Shown: positions 1 through 13,160 of the stretch, piece by piece
How the letters are laid out: every line of letters begins with the position of its first letter
How positions within the stretch are numbered: position 1 is the stretch's first letter
Origin: Hypanus sabinus
Lineage: Eukaryota
NCBI RefSeq assembly: GCF_030144855.1
Contig: NC_082731.1
Span: 20,026,001-20,090,000, forward strand
DNA: 64,000 bases
Direction of reading: 5' to 3'
Notes under the pieces: generated by a model
The model's input: only the letters and a program-made list of their open reading frames with translations
Told to the model about the DNA's origin: nothing
Database searches by the model: none
Position numbers and translations under genes: made by a program

Positions 1-602
1 AGGTCGGCAGATGGTTGGATATTAAAGGAATTAAGATCACAGTCAGAGTCAAATTTGCGTTTATTTTCATATGCACAGGTGCAATGAAAAGTTATCAGGA
101 ATATCGCAGGCACATAGCATAAGACAAGCAGCATTCACAAGAAAAATTCAAGTTAAACATAAACTAAACACAATTTGTAAAAGAAAGGGCACAATTAGAA
201 CAAGATATATTTGTCCATTGTCCAATCTGCTATTTGTTATTAGTTGAAAAGTAAATACCGTACCTTGGAAGTGACATACCATGGCCTCGGGATCTCTTAT
301 ACCCGTTTATTTTTTCGATTAGCATGCGAAATCTGATATCAGTGGACAGCATTTTTTTTTAAAGGGTTGGCTCCTCAGAATTTTTTTGTGGTTATGACAG
401 ACCCCTTGAATGTGAACACAACAATAATTTCCAACTACTTGTCTCGTGCAGGACTCTGGAGATACAAGAAATCTACTGTTACTGAATATGAAGCTTTTAA
501 TTTCATAATGGCGCAATAGTTCAATTAAGCTTAAAATATTTTGTTGATGAACTTCATTTACACTCGGTGGCTAAGGCTCCTTACTTAAGTATCCAACAAT
601 AA

Positions 603-2640
603 TCAGTCAGTATTGATGGATTCCAGTTGCCCTGATACAACGTTCTGGTGAAACTTTTCACTATGCTCATCATTGACAGTGCCTAGATTTTCAGCGAAGA
701 CGTTTAAACAGGAATGCAGAAAACAAAATGATGCTGTCAACCATCTGGACATAGTTTGTTTTGGTGCTCTGCAGTTGCCAAGAAAAAATTCAAAAACATG
801 CTTGATATCTTCCATACAGTTTTCTCTATTCTCACTAGAAATTCTTTGAAATGCCTGTGGTTGATGGCCCATTTGATTTGTGGACCAACATAACAGCCTT
901 CCTTAATCTTGCCTTTGTTTGTCTGGGGAAACATTTGTCTCAAATATTGAAATCCTTCACCTTCCTTGTTCGTTGCTTTCACAAAATATTTCCTAAGGCC
1001 TGGTTTTATATGAAGCGGAGGCAAAAATATCTTTTGTTGGGTCTACAAGTGGCTTAAGAGCCACGCTTTCCTGCCCTGGTGTTATGGTCTGGTCCGGAAC
1101 CCGCATTCTGGGGCTTGATCCGGTCCGTTGACTCTGGACTCCGGGTCTTGTTGCCATCCCTCCTTTCAGCCTTAAGCCCAAATAGGATCAACTTGGCTTA
1201 AGGAGGCGCACCTGAGACCTATCGGCTGGCAGGTGTATATAAGGGGCTCTGGGACTGAGTCTAGTTGGGGGGTTGTCTTGTTCACACTGTTGTGCTGCTT
1301 GGCTGACTATCCATCCCGTTTTGACCCCAGCTTGGATTACCCACTGTTAATCATCTAGTTCTGTAAGTCCATTCTTGTAGTCACCCTGGGTTGAGCTCCC
1401 TTCCGATCCCTTGCCTCTGTAAGGTAAGCAGACCAGACTGCCGTTGCCCAGCGGGGGGACTCTGACCCTTTCCTACCCCTTGCTTCCAATGGGTTGTGCC
1501 CTGCAACCTGCGCAGGTGCTCAATGTCTTGCCCAGGCCCCCGTGCTCCTGCCTGGGAGGCTGGACCCTGCCCAGAAGAAATGTGGCTATCCTCCCAGCAT
1601 TCCCTGTCCCATAGACTCATCCTTTAGCCTAGCCAAGGACCAGCCTTCACCAAGAACTCCGGGGTGCGGCCTCCGCCGTGGGCTCCGGTTTCCAGCCTCC
1701 GCCGTGGGCTCCGGGGTGCGGCCTCCGCTGTGAGCTCTCTGAACCCCAGGATCACCTTTGCATGTCACGGTCTCCCCATCTTGGTCTATCCTTTAGTTGT
1801 TCCTGTCCTGCCCCTAGTACTTCAGTGCCTGCGTCCTGCATTTGGGTCCAGTCTCCACATCCCCAGTGACACCTGGGACCAATTTCACATGGAGTGGCTA
1901 ATCCTTTTTAATGTAATGAGATTTTTTATCCTGGCTGTCCCATTTGCAAATGAACCTGTTCTGTACGAGCTACATTCCTGGTAGCAGCACCAGTACTTTC
2001 TGATCACCACAGATGTTCCAGTTGTGTCTCAACAAGACTTCCAAAGTTTGGGAGTGTTCTTTCACACGTGCTGTACAGCTGATTGATTTTGAAGGGTGGG
2101 CATTGCTGTTGTGTGTGGCAGCACAGCTTTCAGGCTTAACACCGAAGAGACGATATAAAGATGCCATTGCTATGGGTCATGCTGGAAATCCAAAGTATTC
2201 AGAAGTCCACGAATGTCAATGCAGAAACATGGGTTAGCAATGTGACTAAAGAACTACATCAAATCTTCTTGGAGTCAAACTCCATCTTTGAGACTTAAAT
2301 GCATATTCATGACAAATGTAGCAGAAAGAATCATGGCTGTTGCAACATTGGCGAGACATTTTGCTATCGCAAATACTCCTGAGAATACAATCACTTTATT
2401 ATAATGAGTGCGCACAATATGCCATGCCGGTAGAACATGACCATCAACATGATCACAATCCGATATACGTGCAAGTGCACAGTGTATGCGTGATGCCTTT
2501 TCAGCTGACCTGATGCGCAACATTTTAATTGATTTGAATTGTGAATAGAAATAAAAATATAGGTGCTTTCAAAAGATGTTGTCTTGTCGGGAAATTTGAT
2601 GATTTTCATTGTCAGCAGCTCAAAATGCATGTGATACATG
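603..2640 (-). mobile_element. Decayed DNA-transposon-type transposase relic (family not assigned), split by a solo LTR
   Basis: Minus-strand fragments read 'ICGDQKVLVLL...ICKWDSQ' (~1900-2010) and continue past the LTR as 'PPLHIKPGLRKYFVKA...GFQYLRQMFP...KIKEGCYVGPQIK' (737-1024) and 'LGTVNDEHSEKFHQ'. These motifs resemble a widespread animal transposase-like family. Many stops and frameshifts; no TIRs identified. Confidence 0.6.
1080..1871 (+). mobile_element. Solo LTR (TG...CA) with 5-bp target-site duplication
   Basis: Starts TGTTATGG at 1080 and ends GTGACA at 1871, flanked by CCTGG at 1075-1079 and 1872-1876. TATA-like GTATATAAGGGG near 1234. It interrupts the transposase relic. Strand inferred from the TATA motif only. 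Confidence 0.75.
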
Positions 2641-2989
2641 CAAGACTATTTAGAACATAATCGTTGACCAGTGTAATTGGAGCATTTTAGGTATAGCACA
2701 ATGCTTTTACCTAGTTCTGTTATAACTCCTGAATGTTGTTGCATTGTCAACTATTTCTGCCGTTTTCCTCCTCTGCACTTTTGATCTGCCCAGCACCTCC
2801 CACTGGTTTCCAACCTCCTTCCCTTTAGTCTGTGGTCCACAGTTTCCTCACATTTCCTTCTTCAGTCCTTTTTCCAACAATCACCCCCAGCTTCTCAGCC
2901 CCCTTCCCCCTTCACCCACCTTCTTCCTTACCCGATCTAACCTGTCACTTGCCAGCTTCTATTCCACCTTACCCACCTTCGTATTCTAC

Positions 2990-3290
2990 CCTTTGTTCCT
3001 TTGCTTTCCAATCCTGATGAACGGTCTCAGCCTGAAACATCGAGTGTTTATTTCCCCCATAGGTGCTGCCTGACCTGTTGAGTTCCTCCAGCATTGCTTA
3101 GGGTGGAACAGAAGAGGAAAAATATCTTCACTCAGAGATTCTTTCAGTTAGTCCTGACGAAGGGACTCGGCCCGAAATGTCGACTGTGCTTCTCCCTATA
3201 GATGCTGCCTGGCCTGCTGTGTTCCACCAGCATTTTGTGTGTGTTGTTTGAATTTCCAGCATCTGCAGATTTCCTCGTGTTCACTCAGGG
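2990..3290 (+). mobile_element. Penelope-like element terminal repeats (two in tandem) carrying minimal hammerhead motifs
   Basis: CTGATGA..GAAACATC (3014-3041) and AGTC-CTGACGA-A-GGG..CCC-GAAAT-GTC-GACT (3150-3185), followed by the 'GATGCTGCCTGGCCTGCTGTGTTCCACCAGCATTTTGTG' tail that recurs across the window (e.g. ~5740, 6250-6370, 6680, 9940, 13050, 21540, 59150). Confidence 0.7.
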
Positions 3291-4179
3291 ATTGTTTAAT
3301 CTTTGAAGTGCTCTTCCATGAGGTCTTGGGCTCTGGGTTCCTTGCAAGCTGAGGATTCTGCACCTGGAAGGGTACAGGGAGGTCAACGGAACACCATGGG
3401 AACCACAAAGAGTTGCACAGCAGAGAAGAAGCCCCTTTGGCCCATTGCCCCAGGGCTGACCATCTTGTCACTCTATGTGATGGGACAATGACCACTTCCC
3501 TGGTTGAGTACAGCTTCAATGACACCCAATAATTAGATTAATCCCACATGTGTTTAATCCTCTTGGAGGTTGTTACTGTTTCTGCTTCCACCAGCCCCTC
3601 TGTCAGATCATCCCAGTTTCCATCTACTGAACTCAGGATTGAACCAGGTTCACTCAAGCTCTGGGGCAGTAGTGCTAAGTGCTCAGCCCTTCTCCTGATT
3701 TCATTTTGCTTATTCCTTCTGCTGCACTCACAATCGGGCAACTTACAATATGCTTGGTGCAAAAGTTGGAAGCAATGTTTTGTGAAGCAGCAACACAGAC
3801 AGACAAATAATGGAACTTTTCCTTCCCCTTGCTGAGCAGTCAGAATGAGACATGGAGCATTGCTGCAGCTGCTTTCCTTTGGAATGAGCAGCCCTCAAAT
3901 GTTTATTTAGAAGAGACATCCAGATTTTTAAAAATTAGGTGGCTTACCTTGGCAGTAATTTTACTGATGGTGAGAGTAAAATGAACCATTTGTGATTACA
4001 CCCAAGGCAGAAATCCTCTTGAAATCCAGTCAAGTGTTGCCCATCCTACACCCTCTGCCTTGATGTAACTTTCACGTCTTTGCCTCACTCCAGCCAGTAC
4101 TTTGGATCTCCTACTTCACAATGACTGATCTGATAAAAAATTCTGCAGCATTAATAATGATCTGTGTTACTGCAGAAGC

Positions 4180-5050
4180 CTATCCCCTGTGATTCCCTTT
4201 AAACTTCCTTCTCACGTTAAACCTATGTCCTCTCGTTTTAGACAGCAACACCATGGGTAGTAGATGCTCAGCTCAATCTATAGCACACACAATGTTAAAA
4301 AACTATCTTGTCACATCTGAACCTCCTTCATTCACGTGAAAATTATCCCAGTATATCGGGTTTCTCTTTATAACTCAAACCCTCCAGTGCCGGCAACATA
4401 CTGGGGAATCTCCTGTGTGCTCTCTCCAGTGCAATGGTCCCTCTTTCCCCTGATCTCTCTCCACCTTGAATCTTTTCTGACCCTTTTCCAGTTTCACAAT
4501 ATCACTCGTGTAGCCATTTCCCTCAATAGATGCTGCCTTACCCTTTGACTTCCTCCATCTTTTTCCATTGCCTGGCCCATTCAATTTTGCCTCATAATCC
4601 AAGCATCCCCTTCCTGGTAACATCCCTGTGAACCTTTTCTATACCCTGGCCAACTCAGTCACATCCTTCTGATAGCTGGGTGAGCAGAATTGCACACAAC
4701 ACTCCAGGTTTGGTCTCACCAAGTTCTTGGAGAGCTGCAGCATGTCATCCCAACTCCTGTATTCGGTACCCCATGCAATGAAGGTAAGTGTGCCTAATGC
4801 CTCCTTCATCACCCTGTCTATCTGTGTCAGTTTTAGGATGCAATGTACCTGTACCAGATTGCCTGTATCTTCTACAATACTCCTCAGCATTCATCGTGTA
4901 TGTTACCCCTCCCCAGTTCTGAAACTTTGTCATTTCACATTTTATATCTGAGATAAATTCCACCTGCTATTCCTCAGCTCACTTGTCCAATTGACCAATA
5001 TCCCATTGTAACCTTAGACAGCCTTCTTCACCGTCTATTACACCACCAAT
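4180..5050 (-). mobile_element. CR1 LINE 3' fragment (RT C-terminus)
   Basis: ORF 4639-4890 contains 'LVRPNLECCVQFCSPSYQKDV', typical of CR1 ORF2 C-terminus; degraded. Confidence 0.8.
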
Positions 5051-8000
5051 TTTAGAACATAGGACAGCAGCACAATACAGACTCTTCACCCCATGATGTT
5101 GTGCCGATCTTTTATTCTACTCCATGATCAATCTGACCTTTCACTCCCAAACTGCCCATGACCCTTTCTATCTTTCTTTCATTCATATGCTCATCCAACA
5201 GTCTCTTAAGTGCCCCTAATGTATCTGCCTCTACTGCCATTCCCATTTACCATCTCTGTGTAAAATCCCACATCTGCAGTAAACTTTCCTCCACTCTCCT
5301 TGAAAGGATATTCTCTGGTATTAACCATTGCTGCTGTGGGAGAAACAAAGGCTCTGACTATCCACGGAATTGATTCCTCTTCTGATCTTCTACACTTTCT
5401 TCCTTTGCTCCAAAGAAAAAAACTTCTAAAATTTGGGATAATCTGCAAACTAATTACACTTCCTACATCCTGCTCATGTATAGATGGATGCAATGAGTGG
5501 GTGGGATGTGGCCCTTAAAAGCAAATGTTCTGAGCTTTTTTATAACCATTGTTCAGACATCCAGAGTCTGGGTGAAATCCCTGAATCATGAGAAAGTCTC
5601 ATGTTGTATTACCCACTTAAATTCCTGAATTATCAAGGCAGAGGAGCTATGGGCTAGGCTGCTGCAAATGATTCCGAACTACAAATGCAAACAAGAGAAA
5701 ATATGCAGATGCTGGAACTCAGTGAACTTGCCAAAGGGCTTTGGCCTGAAACGTCGACAGTTCTCTTTTCCATCAATGTTGCCTGGCCTGTTGAGTCCCT
5801 CCAGCATGCTCTGTGTGTTGCTTCTCTGCAATGATTCATGAAGACAGGAACTTGATGCTTGATCAACATGTGGTGGGCAGTTTGACTTGTTTCGGTGTAT
5901 GATCAGAGATAGACAAACGGTTGGACAAGGAGTTGACAGTCCATTGGACATGTAGACTTGGTTTGGTATTCGAGAGACAGAGATAGAGGCAAAGACACTG
6001 TGAATAAGAAAGGCCAAGAGAGATGAAGAGAGTGAGAAAATAAAGAGAATGAGAAGAAATAAAGAGAAGAATAAGGACAGAGAGAGAGAAAGTCAGTGGG
6101 ATTGGGAGACAGACAGACTTTAGTGTTGTATCTTTTTGAAGGAGGGATTGTGTCCTCTGCAGGGGTGGAGGGGGGTGTGTGGGAGAGTCGAGAGATAGAG
6201 ACAGACCGGTAGATAAATAGATAGAGAGAGATAAATGTATTACTGGAAATTCTGCAGATCTTTGGAAAATCAGAACAATAGACACAAAATGCTTGAAGAA
6301 GTCAGCAGGTCGGAAAGAATCTACTGAGGGGAATAAACAGTTTGGGGCCGAGACCTTCCATCAGGACAAGATTCAGAATCAGACATTATCACTGACATAT
6401 GATGTGAAATTTGTTATTTTGCGGCAGCACTAAATTTGCTGAGCCTTAAAATTACTACAAATCACAAGATAATGGATATAAAACAAGGAATTATGAGCTA
6501 GCGCTTCTGGGTTCATGCATCGGTCAAAATTCAGACGTCTGAGTAGAAAAAGCTGTTCCGGGATCGTTCAGTCCGTGTCTTCTGGTCCTGTAGCGCCTCC
6601 CGATGGTAGTAACGAAAATCACACACAAAATGCTGGAGGAGCTCGCAAGGCCAGGCAGCTTCTATGGAAAAGAGTCTCTCGGCTCGAGACATCGACTGTA
6701 TTCTTTTCCATAGATGCTGCCTGGCTTGCTGAGTTCCTCCAGCATCTTGTGTGGATTGTCTGGAGATTCAACATCTGTAGTAACTTCGCAGTAACGAGAA
6801 GCGGTCATGTGCCAGGTGGTGGAGGTCCCGGTGATATATATCTGCGTCTTGGGGCATCACTTCTTGAAGATGAAAAGGACCGGTTAAACCTCTTAGGTGG
6901 GATCCGTAGTTATACAGATCGACCTCAATATGGATGGGCAGAAGGGGGGATAGAGAGAAGTGGACGATTGGGAATAGATGCAGTTACCCTTAGGGAAGTG
7001 GTAGGAGACATACCAGAGGCAGGCAGCCCGGCAGGGAAAGATGGGGCTGTGTGGGGGGCGTCAAGATGGACACAAGACAGTCGCTCAGTCTCAGGCCGTG
7101 AGGCGGAAAGAGAGAGGCAAATCTTTTGGAAATCTTCCTCCATCTCTGATGGGACGTTGTTCCCCGTGGTGTGTGTGTGTGTGTGTGTGAGGGGGTAGGA
7201 TTCGAGGGCGGTGCTCCCCACAGCATGGTTGGGGATAAAGATTTGGTCGCACAGTATGTAAGCAGATTATTCACAGCCTATTACCATTCGCAATTAATCC
7301 AGTCGTCCAGGGCTTGTTTCGTACACCGTTGTGCCGGTCCGGCGGCGGGTGGGGGGCGGTAGGTGTGCTAAATGTGGGAAGAGATTTGTGGTCACTTCAA
7401 GGGCTGAGTTAGACGCTTCTTCACAACTCTCGGCTCCCTTTCAAAAGGAAAGCTGGCACATTCCGTTCCAGATACTTGGCCCTCTTTGAGTGAACGAGGG
7501 TGTGCCCCATTCAAATACCCTCTAAACCTCTTGAACCTCACGCCACATCTACATACTCAGGATTTTTTTGATCTGCCGTTAATATGGTGGGTGGGGGGGG
7601 GGGGGTTGAATGTATCCTGCAGTTCATTTCATCTACACCCTTCCCCCTCAATATCTTATACACTTCAGTTATAGAATTTCATTGGCCGAAAGAGCAGCCA
7701 GTCGCTGAGCAGCAACGCTTTGAGTGCACGTTGGTGTCGAGGTGCCGTTTCTGAATCTGACCCTTCTTATTCCAAAAATCCAAAATTGTGAGGAATGTCT
7801 CCCATTCTCTCCTTCTTTCTTCCACTCTTGTCTCTTCCCTTCTTTCACCTCTCTCTCCCTCTCTCTCTCTTCCTTTTTTCTTCTCTCATCTACTTTTCTC
7901 CTATCTCCTCTCTCCCTCTTTCCTCCTCACTCTTTATCTTTCGGCTCTCCCTCTTTCTCCCTTCTCCAGCCTGTGCCATGTTCGTCCCTCTCTCTGTCAG

Positions 8001-8524
8001 AATATGGGCGGCAGGGTCCGGTCTGCGAATTTGATCCCCCGCCTTTCAGGCCCCATCCACTAACGAACAGGAAGCGGCCCCTGGCCCTATCGGTAGCCAG
8101 GGCACTAGCTGCCGTCGATGAGTTCGTTGACCTGATTGAAACCTTCTCATTTTCTCCTCAGTGCCTCGAGGCTGCTCAATGCTCTCGTCTGGTCCCTAAG
8201 GGTAATCGGACTGAGGCCGGGGGCCGCAGTTGACGAACCGATGGCACCTCGGGATGGGTAGAGAGTTGAGCTGAGTTGCCTCCTCCCCGTCTCTGCTGAC
8301 GCCACCGTGTGCTGGTACCGACAGCCGATGACCAGAGGGCCGACTTTCCTCTGTTCCAGTTGTCAGACGCCGTCCCGGGACCCGCTCTGTTCTTGCGGCT
8401 GTTCGTGGATAAGCGAAGTGAGTGAGGAAGATGGGGCAGGTGGGGGGGGGGGGGGCGGGGGGGTGGTACAACTGCAAAGAAAGATGCAGAAAGGAAGCTG
8501 AGAAAGAGGAGAGGGCCAAGAGAG

Positions 8525-8775
8525 NNNNNNNNNNNNNNNNNNNNNNNNNNNNNNNNNNNNNNNNNNNNNNNNNNNNNNNNNNNNNNNNNNNNNNNNNNNN
8601 NNNNNNNNNNNNNNNNNNNNNNNNNNNNNNNNNNNNNNNNNNNNNNNNNNNNNNNNNNNNNNNNNNNNNNNNNNNNNNNNNNNNNNNNNNNNNNNNNNNN
8701 NNNNNNNNNNNNNNNNNNNNNNNNNNNNNNNNNNNNNNNNNNNNNNNNNNNNNNNNNNNNNNNNNNNNNNNNNNN
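8525..8775. other. Assembly gap (N run) inside GA-rich tract
   Basis: About 250 N. Confidence 0.99.
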
Positions 8776-8989
8776 GAGGCAAAAGGTAAAGAGAGAGAAA
8801 GATCAGAGAGGAGGATGAATGAAAGGTGTGCGCAGTCCGGGAGAGGGATGGGGCAGGGTGGGTAGGGCAACTGGAGTGAAGAGAGATGTAGATAGGTTAA
8901 CTGAGTGGGCGAGGTCTGGCAGATGGAGTACAATGTTGGTAAATGCGAGGCCATCCACTGTGGAAGGCCGCTCACCTGCTCCCCAAAGT

Positions 8990-10050
8990 GTCCGCCTGCC
9001 CGTCTTTTCATTGGCTACGTGGAAGACTCCATGTTTCGGCGCCCTTCCAAGGCGGTGCTCCCCAGCTCTTTCTGCGCTACGTCGATGACTGCATTGGTGC
9101 TGCTTCATGAGCCCATGCTGAGTTTGTCAATGTCGTCACATTTGCCCCCAGCAGCCCTCCACCATGCCCCTGCTTTCACTCGGTCCGTTTCTGACTGCTC
9201 TCTCCCATCCCTCGATCTCTCTGTCTCCATCCCCGGAGACACGCTGTCTGCCGACATCTTTTATATCCCACGGATTATGTTGGCGATTCCATACTTCCTC
9301 CTAGCCTGTCTCATGTAAAAACGCTATTCCTCAACTCCGCTGCATCTGTTCCCAGGCGAGGCTCTCCTTTCTAGGGCATCAGAGTATCGAGACCATTGGA
9401 TATATCGAGTTACTCAGTGCTCCCGATACCCTGAGTTATTGAGACCCAATGGACGTTGAGGGACTGCTTTGTCAAACACCTTCACTTCATGTGCCAAAAC
9501 CAGAAACAGAATTTCCCAGTGCCAACCATTTTAATTCTTACTCTCATTCCCTTTCTGACATGTTGGACTGGACTCTATGGTCTCCTCTTCTGCAAGGTGC
9601 ATCAGCACCTCAAAATCCGTCTAAGTAGGCTCCAACTTAATACATAGACGTTGATTTTTCCTTGCGATAATTTTTTTTCCCCTCCTGCCCCTTCTGGTTT
9701 CTTCTGTTCCCCACTTTGGGTCTTATTCTCTCCTGTCTACCACCCCCCCCCCCCACCACTGCAACGGTGTCCCTCCATTTTCCCTCTCTCACGTGGTCCA
9801 CTCTTCTCCTATTAGAATCCCTCTCCTCCAGGGCTTTACCTATCTCATCCACCTAGTTTCACCTGTCATCTTCTCCCTTATCCCGCTTCCTCCTGACCCC
9901 ATCTTTCTACTCTGGCGTCTTCCCCCTTCCTTCCCAGTCCTTACTAAAGAGTCTCGGCCCGAAGCTTTGACTGTTTATTCATTTCCGTAGTTGCTGTCTG
10001 CAGAGCTCATGTCCAGCATTTTGTGTGATTTACTCTGGATTTCTAGCACC
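8990..10050 (+). mobile_element. Penelope-like element relic (RT/GIY-YIG region plus terminal repeat)
   Basis: Decayed homologue of 11270-12400, ending in 'AAGAGTCTCGGCCCGAAGC...GACTGTTTATTCATTTCC', the same terminal repeat as 3150. Confidence 0.55.
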
Positions 10051-10276
10051 TGCAGAATCTCTCGTGTTTGGGTAACGGGAAGCAGTGGGGTTTGGAACCG
10101 GATTGAAGAGTTCGCAGGCTTTTTTTTTCATTCCAATGAGGTAACGGGGGCAGGGTGGTGGGATGGAACGCGTCGGAAGTGGGATGTCCCAAACGGCCGC
10201 CGCTTGTGTGGTGCGGAAAATATATGCGTCGAAATACCTTTTGCCATGAAAAGTTCGGTGCGGACTGATAATCAAT

Positions 10277-10359
10277 TACCAGGAGTGGGGTTCGAACCCA
10301 CGTGAACATATGTTCATTGGATCTTAAGTCCAACGCCTTAACCACTCGGCCATCCTGGT
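10277..10359 (-). tRNA. tRNA-Leu-TAA: tRNA-Leu(TAA)
   Basis: Reverse complement ACCAGGATGGCCGAGTGGTTAAGGCGTTGGACTTAAGATCCAATGAACATATGTTCACGTGGGTTCGAACCCCACTCCTGGTA. A and B boxes intact, TAA anticodon, long variable arm GAAC/GTTC, T-run terminator about 25 nt downstream. Nearly identical to the vertebrate tRNA-Leu(TAA) as I recall it. Confidence 0.97.
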
Positions 10360-10820
10360 CTGACACAAACACAAAAGTGTAAACCCTTACTTTCAAATTG
10401 AAAAACTTCTCCGGAATTCCTGCTCGGATGCTGCCAAATGTACTCCTGTGTACTCGCATTCCGTTAAAAAGAATAATGTGTCTGCTTTCCTAATATTCCA
10501 TCTTTCAACACGTCATGTAGTCTCTTACGTGGGCTACGCCACACATGTAAAGTTGTACGATTAAAACAGAAGGGGAGAGGAATGAGAGTTTTCTTTTACA
10601 ATCGGGAGTTAGGGTAAGTTTGTTTTTACGCACAGTGTGGTTAATATCAGGAACCACCGCGGAATGTTGGAATCAGATGCATTCACAGAATTTAGGTGGC
10701 AATATGACGGGGAATGGAATAAGCAGTCCATGACAGGCTGAGATACATAGATAGAGACAGAGAGAGAGCGAGAGAGGTACTGCAGGAAGACTGGGAAAGA
10801 AAGACTGACAGAGAGATTGA

Positions 10821-10825
<5 letters not shown>

Positions 10826-10894
<69 letters not shown>
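10826..10894. repeat. (GA)n microsatellite within a purine-rich tract (10740-11150)
   Basis: Perfect GA repeat seen directly. Confidence 0.95.
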
Positions 10895-10899
<5 letters not shown>

Positions 10900-11269
10900 A
10901 GAGATAGATAGAAAACATTGATAGATTGGTAGAGTAAATGAAAAGAAGGATGAGAAAGTATGAATTAGAAAAACGATAGAAAAAGAAATGAGAGACAACA
11001 GGAGAATGAAACTATGGGAAAATGAGATGTTGAAAGAGAACGGGGTGGGTTTGGAGGGAGGGAGGGAGAGAGGGGGAACAGAGAGGCAAAGGCACTGAAA
11101 GAAAAAGATAATGAGGTATATAGGTAGATAGATAGAGAGAGGTTCTATTATCCCCTCATCTTCCATTTGCGCGGCAACAAAGGCTTTGCGAAAGGGAGCA
11201 TTTGAGTTACTGATGCGGCCACACTCCGCGTCCCAAAGATGGAACAGCGGGTGCGTGGGTCTCAACTTT

Positions 11270-13160
11270 GCCTGCCTTTTCGTTGGCTATGTGGAACAGT
11301 CCATGTTTCAGGCCTCCCAATATATTGCTTCCCCCGCCCTTTTCGCGCTGCTTTGATGACCGGTTTGGTGCTGCTTCATTCACACATGCTGAACTCGAAA
11401 AGGTCATTATTTTGCCTCCAACTTCCTCCCTATCCTTAAGTTCACTTCCAACACCTCTCCTTCTCTTTTCTCTAACTGTCTCTGGAGACAAAATGTTCCC
11501 AACATCTTTTAATGCAAGGGCTCCAGCGATACCTGCCATTTCATCTTTTAATGCAAGGGCTCCAGCGATACCTGCCATTTCATAGGGTACGTGGAACGGT
11601 CCGAGGTAACGCTGCACAGCTCTTTCTGCATTACACTGAACACGGCATTGGAGCTTCTTCATGCACCCATACTGAGCTTGTCAATTTCATCAACTTTGCC
11701 TCCAGCATCCACCATGCTCCTGACATTCACTTGGACAATTTCTGACACATTTCACCCCATTCCATTTCTCGATCTCTCTGTCTCCATCTCTGGAGTCAAC
11801 TAGGCCACCATCATCTTTTTAAATCCCACAGTACCTTGACTATACCTCTCTCTATCCTGTCTCCTGTAAAATGCTCTTCCTTTTTTATCAGTTCCTTCGT
11901 CTCCTCTGCATCTTTTCCCAGAAAGAATCTTTCCTTTCTAGGGCATCAGAGTGCCAAGAGCTTCAGTAACATTTATTGTATCCGGTGCTCCTGACACCCT
12001 GTATTGATGAGTCCCACAAGAACCCGAAGGACTGCTTTGTCGAACGCCTTCACTCCATCTGCCAAAAGCGGGAATTTCTCGGGAACAATTTTAATTCCAA
12101 TTCCCATTCCCTTTCCGACATGTTTGTCTGGACTCTGTGCACTCCTCTACTGCCACCGTGTGGCCACTCTGAGCAGTAACACCTCATCATCCGTCCAGGT
12201 AGGCTGCAACTTGATCGGTTTCTCCTTATGGTATTCTTTTCCCTCCTCCTCCTTCCGTCTTCTTCTATTCCTCACTCAGCTCTAAGTTCTCCTCACCTAC
12301 TTATCACCTTCCCCTGGTGCCCCTCCTTCTTCCCTTGCTCAAATGGGTCCACTCTCCTCTCCTGTCAGATTTCGTCTTTCCAGCTCTTTGCCTTTGTTGG
12401 GCAGGTTTCTGAGTCTAGCACATGTAGCAATTAACGTAAACAGACTTCAGCCACCGGCCTTCAGATTCGAACGTACACTGTAGAGTTAATGTAAACTGCA
12501 GCTCTGAACAATAGGTTCCCAAAAGTCTTGCCTCACGGGCCCTAGAATGCTGATTAAAGTTCATTTAGATGTCTGTTTGTGAGTGAAAATCGGGTGGTGT
12601 AAAGATTGTGTACTTCCAAAGAAAGCATTATGGATGCATTGTAAATATCTAATTGTCCTTTGACGTTTAGCACATAAAGTATCGGGTAGCGTCGACTGAA
12701 AGGGCTTCAATATGATGCCGGCTGTATCTTGTTTTGTCAAATATAACAGTTGCTTCAAACCGACCTGTACTTTTCATCGGTCATTTTTCTTCTCCCTCTT
12801 TCCCTCTTTTTCTGTCCTCCATTCTGACCTCTTCTCTGTTCTCCTCTCTTGACAATCACATTCTCCCGGTGACCATCCTGCTTCCCGTTCTCACATGGTC
12901 CACTCTCCTCTCCCATTAGATTTATTCTTCTCCCGCTCTTCACCTTTCTCACCCACCTGAATTCACGTGTCAGCTTTTGACCTGTCCTCCTCCTCCTACT
13001 TTATCTTTATATCAGGGTGTCGTCCCTTTCCTTTCCACTCCTTATTAAGGGTGTCGGACCGGAACGTCGACTGTTTATTCATTTCCATAGATGTTACCGG
13101 ACCTACTGTGTTGCTCCAGGCACGTTGTAGGTTTTGCTCCAGATTTTCAGCAACTGCAGA
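11270..13160 (+). mobile_element. Penelope-like element relics (paralogue of 8990-10050), with a 58-bp direct duplication near 11500-11580
   Basis: Homologous to the 8990-10050 block. 'CATCTTTTAATGCAAGGGCTCCAGCGATACCTGCCATTT' occurs twice. Terminal repeat remnant near 13050-13150. Confidence 0.5.

Noticed and set aside
6515-7450. 227-aa ORF on +, and a minus-strand 'GLRLSD' V-like motif near 7080
   Set aside because: The ORF is stitched from repeat tails and a (GT)n run. For the minus motif the candidate WY-to-D spacing is far too long and no Cys is recoverable.
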